From assembly GCA_003345545.1 (NCBI GenBank), contig PRDH01000026.1, forward strand, positions 64,001 to 128,000: a DNA stretch of 64,000 nt, written 5' to 3'. Of this stretch, positions 18,701 through 26,986 are shown in pieces. The notes below the pieces were generated by a model. That model was given only the letters and a program-made list of their open reading frames with translations. It did no database searches and was not told the origin of the DNA. Position 1 is the first letter of the stretch, and each line of letters begins with the position of its first letter. The position numbers and the translations under genes are program-made. Source of the DNA: Candidatus Thorarchaeota archaeon. Lineage in GTDB: Archaea; Asgardarchaeota; Thorarchaeia; Thorarchaeales; Thorarchaeaceae.

Positions 18701-20498
18701 TACGGTTTTGACAGTCTATTTCGGTGACACGTTGAACATACTTGCGATCTATAACGACACGTACTATAATGCGCTAGTGAGTGGGGCTAGTGTGATCTAT
18801 ACCCTTGGAAGCCTCACCGGCACATTGACCGAGGAAACAAATCACACCTATAGTGCTGTGATTGACGTGAGCTCCCTGCCATCCCAATCAATCTACCTGC
18901 GGTTGACTGCTACGAAGTTCGGCTACTCGACCACAACGAAATCGATCATCGTGACAATCCTTCCGATTCCAACTTCTGCGACTGTTGATGAAGCCAGCAC
19001 GTTGGAGAGCGGATATTTCGGCGCTCCGCTCAGCTTCAAGTTCTATTACGATGACCTTCAGCACTATGTAGGCATCGGAGGAGCTAATGTGATTGCCAGC
19101 TGGGAAGGAGGTACACCAACTGTAACTGACTATTCTAACGGGACATACAGAGTTGACTTGGTCATCACTGTGACAATTCCAGGTATCTATGATTTAGTTG
19201 TAAGGTTCGACCTTCAGAACTACACAACAAGAACAGCGATAGCTAGGATTGAGGTCTATGCCACTCCCGCCGCAATCTACGGTCCAACCACCTACTCATC
19301 GCCGATCAATGATACCATCGTGATTCCTTATCATGTGAAGAATATGTTGGACAATAGCACCATATCGGATGTGATTGGATTCGCATCATCCTCTCAATTG
19401 GGTGAATACGAGCTTCTGTTACTGCCAAATGGCAACTATACCCTGAACCTCCCTGGCGACCTACAGTACGGAACTTACGGTTTTGATGTCTATTTCGCCA
19501 CAACGAAATACACTATGTCTCCCATTCATGTGGATGTTACGGTGCGGACGATCCTGACAGCAGCTCTGCATGGAAATCTGACTATTCGAACCCAGCCTGG
19601 AGTGTCTTTCTCCTTTACTGTGACATATATGGACTTGGACCATAATGTTCCGATCAGCGGAGGAAGTCTGTCCTTAGAACTAGACCCTCAAGCGATTACC
19701 TACTACAACCAATCTATGCTCGATGAAGATGGAACGTACACATTGTACTTCTTCGCGAAAGGCGGCGGAACCCACTCGATTGTCATCAATATTGTAAAGG
19801 AGGGTTATGTCGCTCAGCAAGTCAGACTGTCGATTCAGTCAGACATCTCTGCAGAGCAAGCCTTCCAGCAGTTGGTTACAACAGCCGTAGGATCCGGAGT
19901 TCTCATAGTAGCCCTGCTTCTAGTAGCCTATGTGAAAGTGTGGAGTATTCCAAAACAGATACGCATCATGAGCCGTATGATTCGAGCGCTGGCGAAAGGT
20001 CATGTGCCAAAGGCTGCTAAAGCCCCAACTAGACAAGACATAGCTATGACTATTGTCAATGAAGAGATAGCTTCAATGCACCTAGTGAAACCCAGAGAGG
20101 ACATAGCTCCGGAACCAATAGTAACAACGGTTCCAGAGGTTAATGAGCTATTAGAGGAACTCGCATCTATCACTGGACTGGGTGAGGCTGAGATTGATGC
20201 GTTCAAGGCTGACCTCTCTCGAATGAGGGCCAGCGAGAGACCCGGATTCCTCAAGGAAGTGATTGACCAGGAGAAGGCTCGTCGCGCTGACGTCTTGGCA
20301 AAGCCCGCGAAGGTGGTCGCCAAGAAAGAGCAAGTTCCTTTGCAGGACTTGCCTGGTGAGCTAGAGGACCTACGGAAGAAACTACTCAAGAAGGGCATGG
20401 CAAGTGATGAGATTGACATCATCCTAGAGGAGGCCAAGGGTCTCTCGAAGGCGGATCTTGAAGCACTGCTGGATAGCTTGGGTATTAGCTTGGACTAG
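12741..20498 (+). CDS. Giant single-pass surface protein B, paralog of A without the NHL propeller
   Basis: Colinear similarity to A (DPLNGSEFG/DPLIASEYG, TENRTW/TENRSW, SPNMISDL/SPNMVTNL); TM VGSGVLIVALLLVAYV; homologous tail; ATGA overlap with the stop of A. Confidence 0.9.
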   Translation: MKNTRRLVPIILLVALMIAPLFLTPQASIAVATPNLDADTSSDVRIVDIGNGEFIELAPDEELHRFVLSDQGWTEWTGFSDPLNGSEFGNSTNIFLDRQMTYIPGSGTSSVQTGISMGVGWESYETRVQITSLTENRTWITNPGFQDSESGWTVSNTDLGSSSTTTSSWLNDGHGVNDDCIQVDINSVGSVPPYYYDDGDISAYEQATTVTRGAVVWSALRLDYWADTVDDTHYGMTGSFRLFTNVEGTDIWRRVFTDIGAEETWYNTGLVTVIPSIFGLPGDATVTTRIGLESLVAVGYDPNIHPRARFDNVELFLKTLVNPSEITLRMNGLTVSDGASRGICAITQIPATPWTTSPVLLTFSWTPIPSPPNPNKVVRIDFNVNVNMFARRYDVSSLYEIGPTSYGERFIVRNGTNAEFTSYFRADIPTGYANRYFFNETIPMERDIYSVAQPLAPATNLTSGWTGGNPGDGFFNVSTYDITNEPGRFGYWRILSSSPNMISDLELWNPDISGWARTVDLRAGDTTRVRADVGAEFAGSTVTITIYKPDDSVWLTLSPIVDGAGYATSTTFALDGSSAPAGSWMVQATTNNVGADGEWTSVGLFKRPFTITHASDITLTYPADAVGTMLTNVTFGDLLLIILEVEDTDSYSPTVLVPGGTLTLDWVLGSDTFDDNRNGQYTKVIDTALLPGSGNYVMGLDWTHPNFDASNTALTINVNYAATLTSPDYPGISGPVGDDQSFIAIFANVNGTGITEGELWCDWSNPYTVVPLGTGQFEFQLDMEDIPIGEYPIHVYATGPFIEPQTMLMYVGAREIYSSITYTSSQLSIPLGEASSFLLTWTDTDHGTLIAGSASSITCNWTSFHTSGDTNYTVVEVSPGKYNISIFTKSSDPLTGSDFFDVRFNVMKDDYQNHTFDIAVEIRKRNTLFVLDAPIVQTPYGSPITVLVFYQDTDLRVGIGNVTGEVRLTITSSELGGIVYTTAASSLGLGHYNITIPSDQWGSIGWKDLHLLIEWSGVVDKFYSQTIDTSARITGTDTDLYLELAPTATYYLNTFNFTVIYWDTVGLLRISNSTNNVFLHIMALGAGNSVTQSDFTVTESASVPGTYIFVLGSSLFSSTDTFRFELSFMWKKGQSPLYENGTMVVSLILLDRPTYVDYTPVASTPYGEQAEFLFSFVDTLTSVKIANSSQLYIDLNDLGVIFTYSYNPVTKEFTLYIDTASIGSIGPHDLHLNVTWIGAPFYASIQSKIFSVSVITRATQLSHLSFSPGQWGNNITIVFIYTDIVAGSTTGMTGTLTLNIAADKYSVVYSPEGRFIVTLNTTAFLGDGEYSVTAVVVHTFAYYANATEIFDISVLKRSTQLGYDSPDPAPYASNATLYVTYVDDSTGRGIPGASIAISGNSTYALVLNSNYWFTYIGNGRYLIEVDTAALGAPGYYLLTVSVTFTGEPFYLPGSRDVLTRVTLRTTQILITQTPGSVSFLENVVFRFKFTDYLLGTKIAITKSHITLTHGEYPYTEIASGSYFLYEYATYYEIVFNSTIVSPDTLVTGHPIQMTIDLGSGVPYYAPRSTSTTVSTVERPTQILFPLVEDTPYFDNITIELSYVDYLTGAGIDGANLLIASGNWSSPQYTLFREGDGTYRILINSSVFGNTGTVFFDITLSKSGAPFYSTRATLGVPATIREVQTSLVADAPPAGSTAVGAPIEVLLTLVDFDHDLPLSNAVITSDWTALFGRSYTVVELGNGAYTITLTTTGLLAQRYDFHVYGDKPFYQTAVAGVFVQPGAATVEIFLERSTYYADWGELVNITFQVREPYYSTPVTGMTASLLWQGMLYGFSEVGNGYYTLLLDSSDTNFGVYAPQISVTKQYYQPRQTTFNLIVSKATGQIIPDFSSYQVVIDTSIDIQLFLNDTVSGMPVTTATVTMEFNSTVYLLTHLGAGVYSGDLLVSGFAIGQYPLTIRAISLNHMFLETIVGINVVPIYTEVKLVSGATVLTVYFGDTLNILAIYNDTYYNALVSGASVIYTLGSLTGTLTEETNHTYSAVIDVSSLPSQSIYLRLTATKFGYSTTTKSIIVTILPIPTSATVDEASTLESGYFGAPLSFKFYYDDLQHYVGIGGANVIASWEGGTPTVTDYSNGTYRVDLVITVTIPGIYDLVVRFDLQNYTTRTAIARIEVYATPAAIYGPTTYSSPINDTIVIPYHVKNMLDNSTISDVIGFASSSQLGEYELLLLPNGNYTLNLPGDLQYGTYGFDVYFATTKYTMSPIHVDVTVRTILTAALHGNLTIRTQPGVSFSFTVTYMDLDHNVPISGGSLSLELDPQAITYYNQSMLDEDGTYTLYFFAKGGGTHSIVINIVKEGYVAQQVRLSIQSDISAEQAFQQLVTTAVGSGVLIVALLLVAYVKVWSIPKQIRIMSRMIRALAKGHVPKAAKAPTRQDIAMTIVNEEIASMHLVKPREDIAPEPIVTTVPEVNELLEELASITGLGEAEIDAFKADLSRMRASERPGFLKEVIDQEKARRADVLAKPAKVVAKKEQVPLQDLPGELEDLRKKLLKKGMASDEIDIILEEAKGLSKADLEALLDSLGISLD

Positions 20499-20509
20499 GC
20501 CCTGTGTGA

Positions 20510-20539
20510 CGCACTAGCAATGGCAGGGTTGTTAGTGCG
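20510..20539 (+). terminator. 12-bp hairpin just after the giant-protein operon (terminator or 3' stabiliser)
   Basis: CGCACTAGCAAT / GTTGTTAGTGCG with G-U pairs on the + strand; no U-tract. Confidence 0.4.
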
Positions 20540-20633
20540 CCCCTACCGATCAGTAGATACCTCTGAATTTCGATGGAGCTCACTGAGGGAGGCTCCATTT
20601 ATACAATGGAGAACAGTTAAGTAAGTATCAAGC

Positions 20634-21734
20634 TTGTCTGACCTCATGAATCTCGATGACCGAATCAAGTTGATCGCTGGAGTTGGCGAAGAAGTAGTTA
20701 CATTGGATGAATTGAGACAGCTATTAGAAGAGAAGCCTCATCCGATTGCTTATGATGGATTTGAACCATCTGGACTTGCACACCTGCCCTTTGGCGTCTA
20801 CAGAGCACTTCTTCTAAAGGACTTGGTCAAGGCTGGAGTCAGATTCAAGATTTGGCTTGCGGACTGGTTTGCATGGATCAATCGCAAGATGGATAGCGAC
20901 CTAGAGAAGATCAGGAACGTTGGAGAATACTTCATCGAGGTTTGGAAAGCAGCCGGTGTCCCTACTGATAAGGTAGAATTCTTGTGGGCATCTGAGGCCA
21001 TGGACTCAATAGAGTATTGGGAAAGAGTTGTGAGAGTCGCAAAAAGCACAACAATCGCTAGAGCAAATCGGGCACTGACAATCATGGGCAGGCGTGAGGG
21101 AGAACTGAATGAGGTGGCTCAGTATTTCTACCCGATGATGCAGGTTGCTGATATCTTTCATCTAGAAGCTGACATCACGCAGCTTGGACTTGACCAGCGC
21201 AGAGCCAATATGCTTGCTAGAGAAATCGGTCCCAAACTGGGATGGTGGAAGCCTGTCGTTATCAGCCATCACATGCTCATGAACCTTGAAGGAGCGGCTG
21301 AGCCAGAGGGATTCGACGAGGAAAAGGCATTTGACATCCAGATATCCTCGAAGATGAGCAAGAGCAAGCCCTCCTCTAGCATATTCGTCCATGATTCTGA
21401 GGAGAGGATTCGTGAGAAGATAATGTCTGCATACTGTCCTCCGAAGGAGGTTGTGAACAATCCTCTACTAGACTATGCGAAGCATATCGTGTTTCGCCAG
21501 TATGATACAATGAATATCGAGCGAAAACCAAAGTACGGCGGCGACATTGACTTCACGAGTTATGAGGGTCTGGAGAAGGCGTACGGAAACGGAGAGATTC
21601 ATCCTCTCGACCTGAAGAATGCAATGGTGATCTACCTCGATAGGATGATTGAGCCCATCCGTTCATATTTCGATACGAAGAAGAGGGCGAGAGAGATGCT
21701 CGAGCTTGTCAAAAGCTATCAAGTAACGCGGTAG
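20634..21734 (+). CDS. tyrS: Tyrosine--tRNA ligase (archaeal/eukaryotic type)
   Basis: AYDGFEPSG, HIGH-like HLPFG, YPMMQVADI, GLDQR, KMSKS, HPLDLK. Confidence 0.95.
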   Translation: MSDLMNLDDRIKLIAGVGEEVVTLDELRQLLEEKPHPIAYDGFEPSGLAHLPFGVYRALLLKDLVKAGVRFKIWLADWFAWINRKMDSDLEKIRNVGEYFIEVWKAAGVPTDKVEFLWASEAMDSIEYWERVVRVAKSTTIARANRALTIMGRREGELNEVAQYFYPMMQVADIFHLEADITQLGLDQRRANMLAREIGPKLGWWKPVVISHHMLMNLEGAAEPEGFDEEKAFDIQISSKMSKSKPSSSIFVHDSEERIREKIMSAYCPPKEVVNNPLLDYAKHIVFRQYDTMNIERKPKYGGDIDFTSYEGLEKAYGNGEIHPLDLKNAMVIYLDRMIEPIRSYFDTKKRAREMLELVKSYQVTR

Positions 21735-21738
21735 ACAT

Positions 21739-22764
21739 CTAATCATCAGAGTTTCTCTTCCTTGCTCTCTGTGTCACTATACCGAGTGCAACAAATCCCA
21801 CGATGACGCTGAACCATAGAGTGACCACTCTAATCAGGATAGTGGCCGCACTTGCATGCGATGTAGATACTCCAAGTAGCAAGGGAATCAGTAAGACAGA
21901 TGTGAGCTCATATGTTCCGACTCCGCCGGGCAAGAACGAGACTGCACCGATGACTGAAGCTGTCGAGTGAATGAATGTTGCAGTGAGCAATAGCAGCAGA
22001 GGACTCATTGGAATCGCTGGTGCGAGTACTGTTAGTAGTAGCCACAGTTCGATACACTCCATGAACCATCCAGGAATACTGATTGCTGTGCCGGCCAACA
22101 TGGGCCTAGGACTCAGTGTTTTGGTCATAGTGTCTTCGACAAGGTCAAGGCTGTCTTGAAATCTCTTCAAAGGGCCGACTGAAGTCAGTCGCTTCAAGAT
22201 TCTGCTGTAGAACACGCCGGTTCCGAGGACAATCGCGCCCCCAAGTACTGCTCCGCCTAGAACGAGCACTGTGAGCAATTGATTTCCTGTGTTGATGCCG
22301 ACCGAGAATCCAACTAGCACCAGAATCACCATTGCCAAGAGATCCGTGACCCGTTCTGATATCACTAGTGGAGCTGTCTTTGCCACAGGCGTACCATCGA
22401 TTGTCCTGATGAAATAGCCTTTGACAGCCTCTCCGATCTTTGCGGGGGTCGTCGTGAGGGTAAAGCCTGCGAGAAAGACACTGAAGCTGTCCGCATGGCT
22501 AAGGCGAATGTGTATCCGGTGGAGAAAATACTGCCATTTGAAATACCGAATGATATAGTTCAGAAAAGAAAGCGCCATCATTGCTGGCAGTACCCACATC
22601 CATGGGATCGAGCCCAGCGCCAATAGAACTTCGTTCGGGTCTCCATAGACTCCTACTAGTGCAAAAACAACCATACTGAAAATGATGAAGATGGCTATGT
22701 TTCGTGGACTGATGAAGGAACTTTCCCTGATTGTATTCTCAGATTCACCAAGCATCGTATGCAA
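21739..22764 (-). CDS. Lysylphosphatidylglycerol-synthase TM family (flippase/transferase-like) protein
   Basis: Polytopic; TPAKIGEAVK, ERVTDL, FLPGGVGTYE, IRVVTLW. Confidence 0.85.
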   Translation of the reverse strand: MHTMLGESENTIRESSFISPRNIAIFIIFSMVVFALVGVYGDPNEVLLALGSIPWMWVLPAMMALSFLNYIIRYFKWQYFLHRIHIRLSHADSFSVFLAGFTLTTTPAKIGEAVKGYFIRTIDGTPVAKTAPLVISERVTDLLAMVILVLVGFSVGINTGNQLLTVLVLGGAVLGGAIVLGTGVFYSRILKRLTSVGPLKRFQDSLDLVEDTMTKTLSPRPMLAGTAISIPGWFMECIELWLLLTVLAPAIPMSPLLLLLTATFIHSTASVIGAVSFLPGGVGTYELTSVLLIPLLLGVSTSHASAATILIRVVTLWFSVIVGFVALGIVTQRARKRNSDD

Positions 22765-23434
22765 TCCTCCGAATCCGTTGCCAGAGCATTGTTGGGACGT
22801 GTAAAAGGAAAAACGAGGGATAGCCAGTGATCTGCGTTCGACCTGCCTTCAATTCAGTATAGATATCGTCAGCAGTTTCAATATCCTGAAGCCAGGTTTT
22901 GGCATGCCCCATCTCAAGGATGGAATGTCCATCGCTGCCTGCTGTCATTGGTTTGTTCATACGTTTTGCAAGATTCTGAGCGCTTCTGTTGAAACTATTG
23001 ATGATACATCTTGAGTTGATACCTTCAACAAGGTCCACGTGCTTGGCTATCAAATGCTCAGGAAGTCCCCGTCTTACGGCAGCGTTTTTTCGTAGTATGT
23101 CGGTGGGGTGCGGAAGAATGACGAGGCCGTTCATGTCGTGAATGTCTTCTGAAATCTCAGCAAAAGTTCTATTTTCAATATGCCCTGAGATGAATAGACC
23201 GATCACTTCGCCAAAGTCTTTAGACTTGTATTCACATCCGGGAAGGATGAATCTTCCATCTCGGTGAATGACTCTCAGATTCGCAGCTCGAACGTGTTCG
23301 GTCGGTGCTACTCCTCTCAGACCTTTCTTCTTCATCGTTTTCAAGAGCGAGTGTGGAGTCTGAAGACCATCCTTTGAATGAAATGTGTGCATATGGAAAT
23401 CGAAAGCCGACAGCCGCTCGCTCATCTTTGACAC
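22745..23434 (-). CDS. PHP-domain phosphoesterase
   Basis: DFHMHT, PTEH, GCE, LPHP, EGINSR, AGSDGH. Confidence 0.88.
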   Translation of the reverse strand: MSKMSERLSAFDFHMHTFHSKDGLQTPHSLLKTMKKKGLRGVAPTEHVRAANLRVIHRDGRFILPGCEYKSKDFGEVIGLFISGHIENRTFAEISEDIHDMNGLVILPHPTDILRKNAAVRRGLPEHLIAKHVDLVEGINSRCIINSFNRSAQNLAKRMNKPMTAGSDGHSILEMGHAKTWLQDIETADDIYTELKAGRTQITGYPSFFLLHVPTMLWQRIRRIAYDAW

Positions 23435-24427
23435 CTAGGGGGTGAAGGGAAATGGAAAGAGTGGTGGAAATAGATTCTCAAGGAAATCTAGGACAACTTT
23501 GAATACTGCTTCTAGGCCATCCATCACAATCCCCCAGAAGAATAGCGTCCAGACCAACGTCACCAAGAGTAAGACACCACCAATCAGGATTCCTTTGTCC
23601 TTGACAGCCAGATGAGGCTTTCTTCCGATAGGACTACCTATGTGTATTAGATAGACGTATCGCAGTATGATTCCTGCCATTATGGGAACTGTGAACATTA
23701 TGTACTGCTGCTCTATCGCTGCTCTGGAGATATCGTAGCAATACAGTGTGTAGAATATGACAAACCATGTTGCTGACATGGAAATCGCGTGGTCCAGGAT
23801 TGTATGTGTGTACATCTTAAAGACGGATTTGTGAGCAGCCGCATTCGCACCCAAGTACTGCAGCTCATTTTTTCTCTTGCCAAATCCCAGAATCAATGCA
23901 AAGAAGAATACACCAATGACCAGCCACGAGGTAGCATCGATGCGTATCAGAACTGCTCCTGAAACCGCTCTAATGACAAAGCCAACTGCGATAGTGACTA
24001 CGTCAATGACTGCTCGTTTCCTAAGATAACTATTGTACAGCTGGGATGTCACTATGTAGAGGATCACGGTGAGGAAGAACTTCCAATAGAGAATGAAGGA
24101 TAGGAATAGTCCAGAAACAAGGAGAATAATGGCAAAGTAGAAAGCGCTTTCCTTTGTCACAGCCCCTGAGGGCAGAGGCCTGTTTCTTTTCTCAGGATGA
24201 ACAGAGTCGGCCTCGAAATCACGGATATCATTGATGATGTATGTGGCGCTTGTTACTGCACACAAAGCTGCGAATCCGAAAAACAGCGGTATGTATTGTA
24301 TCCAGTAGGCAGGCTGAAAGACTTCCTCGAGTTGCTTGACTGGATAGAAAAGGATGGGTAAGAAGACAAGCAAGTTCTTGTACCATTGGGCAGGTCTCAT
24401 GAGTCGAATGTAGCCACTAAGAACCAT
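23435..24427 (-). CDS. UbiA-family polyprenyl-phosphate phosphoribosyltransferase (DPPR synthase-like)
   Basis: RPAQWYKNLLVF, YIINDIRDFEADSVHPEKRNRPLPSG, GFVIRAVSGA, GKRKNEL. Confidence 0.88.
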   Translation of the reverse strand: MVLSGYIRLMRPAQWYKNLLVFLPILFYPVKQLEEVFQPAYWIQYIPLFFGFAALCAVTSATYIINDIRDFEADSVHPEKRNRPLPSGAVTKESAFYFAIILLVSGLFLSFILYWKFFLTVILYIVTSQLYNSYLRKRAVIDVVTIAVGFVIRAVSGAVLIRIDATSWLVIGVFFFALILGFGKRKNELQYLGANAAAHKSVFKMYTHTILDHAISMSATWFVIFYTLYCYDISRAAIEQQYIMFTVPIMAGIILRYVYLIHIGSPIGRKPHLAVKDKGILIGGVLLLVTLVWTLFFWGIVMDGLEAVFKVVLDFLENLFPPLFPFPFTP

Positions 24428-24442
24428 TACCTAATCCTCCAA

Positions 24443-25522
24443 TTATTCAGAGTATGAACTCCATAATGCGCCCCATTCAGTCTCTTCAAGGAACCACTTC
24501 ACCCATCTCCTTCCTTTGAGAGGAAGCCAGATACCATCATGGTAGAAACCGGATAGCTGCGTCGGAAGCCACATAAGTGGAGACCTGAACAAGAATGTTT
24601 CCATTCCGGGAAACTTCAGGAAACCGCGATTCCAGGCAATCACTGGACTCTTCTTGGGACAGAGGTGAAAGTTGGGGAGGTCTTCCCATGATTCATAGTC
24701 ACCGACTATCTCGATTTTCTCAGGATCAGACTCTCCGAGCCCTACCTCTTTCGCAAGCTGAAGCTTCCGCACGAGTGTTTGGTCAATCCCCATGAGACGC
24801 GTCTGAACAGTGTCTGCGGCCACCATATCGCTCGTGGCAATCAAAACGTTTCCAATCTTCGGGATCATTGTACGGGGGCCGGCTCCATCACCCATGACAG
24901 TACCGTCAGTAAGGACAAATTCAGAGTGTGAGATGGTCCGTTGCAGAAGAAGCAAGTCAACTAATACCTCATGTATCTTCAAATGTGCTAGGTGCCTATT
25001 CTTCGTGAGGTAGAGACCGAAGCTGTCCTTCATTGCTCCTGTCATCTGTGTGTGTCCATGAGTCTTGATTGTGGGGAGATGGATGATGTTTGTTCCGAAA
25101 ATCTCCTTGGGTGCAATAATCTCGCCGAATATCTTTTCGAGCACTAGCGTCTTCTTGGGGAGCTTCACATCGACATAGTGCGCCTTGATGAGGGGAAGGA
25201 ACTTGATACGATGCTTCTTGATGACTGGATACCAGTTGTTATTCCTCGTGCCTGTATAGATATTGGTTACAACGGTCTCGTTTTCGACTGCTTGAATTGT
25301 TCTTCGATCGAAACCATCACTGATGAGCTTCCTAAGCATTCCATCGAAAATGTAGGGATTCGTGCTGCATGCTGGATAGAGTTTGCTCCATGAGAGATTC
25401 AGTTTGATTGTTGTTGCAACATCTTTCGATACGAATTTGCTGTAATCAGCATCATTCATTGCTCTAGCTATATCCTCATTGATTGTCTTTGGGGATGTGT
25501 TGACCACGGCTACCTTCGGCAT
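24443..25522 (-). CDS. DUF362 domain protein
   Basis: IKLNLSW, LPTIKTHGHTQMTGAMKDSFG, DGT...GAGP, SDMVAAD. Confidence 0.8.
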   Translation of the reverse strand: MPKVAVVNTSPKTINEDIARAMNDADYSKFVSKDVATTIKLNLSWSKLYPACSTNPYIFDGMLRKLISDGFDRRTIQAVENETVVTNIYTGTRNNNWYPVIKKHRIKFLPLIKAHYVDVKLPKKTLVLEKIFGEIIAPKEIFGTNIIHLPTIKTHGHTQMTGAMKDSFGLYLTKNRHLAHLKIHEVLVDLLLLQRTISHSEFVLTDGTVMGDGAGPRTMIPKIGNVLIATSDMVAADTVQTRLMGIDQTLVRKLQLAKEVGLGESDPEKIEIVGDYESWEDLPNFHLCPKKSPVIAWNRGFLKFPGMETFLFRSPLMWLPTQLSGFYHDGIWLPLKGRRWVKWFLEETEWGALWSSYSE

Positions 25523-25622
25523 CGTTCCTTCAACTCAGCATGAGCATCGCTCTGCGCATCAAAATGCCCTCTTCACTCTCATCTTAATAAGTTGCCTCAA
25601 TGGTTATTCTTGTACCAATGCA

Positions 25623-26078
25623 TTATTGGGGCGTTTCAGCGGATTCACTTGCCCAGAGAGATTCGATTCCAGAATATACCTCTCGTACCTGTGGATTCTT
25701 CAAATACCAGAGCAGTATGATGTTGAGAGCGAGTATGAGCGGACTCAGGGTGAGTACATGGACGATTACAGATGCGATGCCGACAGCCATAGCCACTCTC
25801 CATGCCCAAGGCTCCAGTCGCCAGAAACCCCAGCCTGCAATAAGTGATAAGACTGCGAGAGCGCCGATGATTACTCCGTGGGCAACGTACATAATCAGAA
25901 GACCAAGTGGACCCGGATAGAGATCCATCGAGAGATGCACGGCTGTCAGTATGATTCCAAAAACCCCTGACATGATTTCAAGAACAAAAATGATGATTAG
26001 CTTGGTCTCCGTTTGATTTGCGGCTTCGGAAAATGCGTCCAGATTATCAAAGGAATCCTGTGAATCTGCCAAGACCAA
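25623..26078 (-). CDS. Small 4-TM membrane protein
   Basis: Four hydrophobic segments; G.W.L.PWA and I..YL....V motifs shared with 55512..55946. Confidence 0.7.
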   Translation of the reverse strand: MVLADSQDSFDNLDAFSEAANQTETKLIIIFVLEIMSGVFGIILTAVHLSMDLYPGPLGLLIMYVAHGVIIGALAVLSLIAGWGFWRLEPWAWRVAMAVGIASVIVHVLTLSPLILALNIILLWYLKNPQVREVYSGIESLWASESAETPQ

Positions 26079-26129
26079 TCCCTCATCTGAACTATTGAGT
26101 CTGCAATCTATTATGTTCTTCGATAGGCG

Positions 26130-26975
26130 TTATCGGAGAGAGAGCGTTTCGAGTCTGTTATCGTGCCCAAGTCGGATGGCCTTAGGCTGCACCTGCCCGC
26201 CATATGATGCACTGAAGACACTGACAAGCCTATCTTGGAAGAATGTGACATACCCCTCAGGGAAGACTTCATGCGCACGAAACATGAGGTGTGCATCAAT
26301 GTTCTTCATGAAAGTATCAAAGGCCTCCTGTCCATAATACCTTGCCCGGTCGCCTCTAATATTGGCTTTGAATCTGAATGGGCCCTCTTGTGGATCATTC
26401 CACACTAGTTGAAATACAATATCATCGGGGAAATTGGGGTCTCTTCTGTTGCATGACTGAATGTCTTCGATTGAGGTCACTCCCTCAGGAATCCCACCAT
26501 GACATGCGAATATCGCATTCTTGTGATAGGCTGCAATAGGAAGAACTACAAAGACTCTCGCGTAGGAGTTGAATATGTCCAGCGGATATGAGCTCGTCAC
26601 AGCATTGTAGAAACCATAGCGAGCAACAATCTCTTCAGATTCATGATTTCCCCTGAGCATCATCACTCTTCCTGGATGGGCGAGTGCCAGTGCCATGACC
26701 AAGCTAAAAGTCTCTATCTGTTCTGGTCCACGATCTACATAGTCACCCAGAAAGACGAAGTGGTGATTATCATACTTCTGAATCAAGCGTTGTACGGACA
26801 ATGCGCTTGCAAGTTCACCGTGAAGGTCTCCGATGAAAACCACATTCTCAGAGGGGATGTTTACAACGTTTGGCTTCTCTCTAAGAAGATCCTGAGTCAA
26901 TCCTGTAAGATGCCGTATCTCATCTTCTTCGAGATCTGTTCTGCCGTCAAGAATAGACTGAACAAGCCTGTCCAT
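26130..26975 (-). CDS. PPP-family Ser/Thr protein phosphatase
   Basis: GDLHG, GDYVDRG, LRGNHE, HGG, WNDP, RAHE, VSVFSA; start ATG 26975 after AGGTG. Confidence 0.92.
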   Translation of the reverse strand: MDRLVQSILDGRTDLEEDEIRHLTGLTQDLLREKPNVVNIPSENVVFIGDLHGELASALSVQRLIQKYDNHHFVFLGDYVDRGPEQIETFSLVMALALAHPGRVMMLRGNHESEEIVARYGFYNAVTSSYPLDIFNSYARVFVVLPIAAYHKNAIFACHGGIPEGVTSIEDIQSCNRRDPNFPDDIVFQLVWNDPQEGPFRFKANIRGDRARYYGQEAFDTFMKNIDAHLMFRAHEVFPEGYVTFFQDRLVSVFSASYGGQVQPKAIRLGHDNRLETLSLR

Positions 26976-26986
26976 TGTATACACAC

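Noticed and set aside
4038-20437. Many short antisense or alternate-frame ORFs inside the giant genes and elsewhere
   Set aside because: Shadow ORFs of well-supported genes
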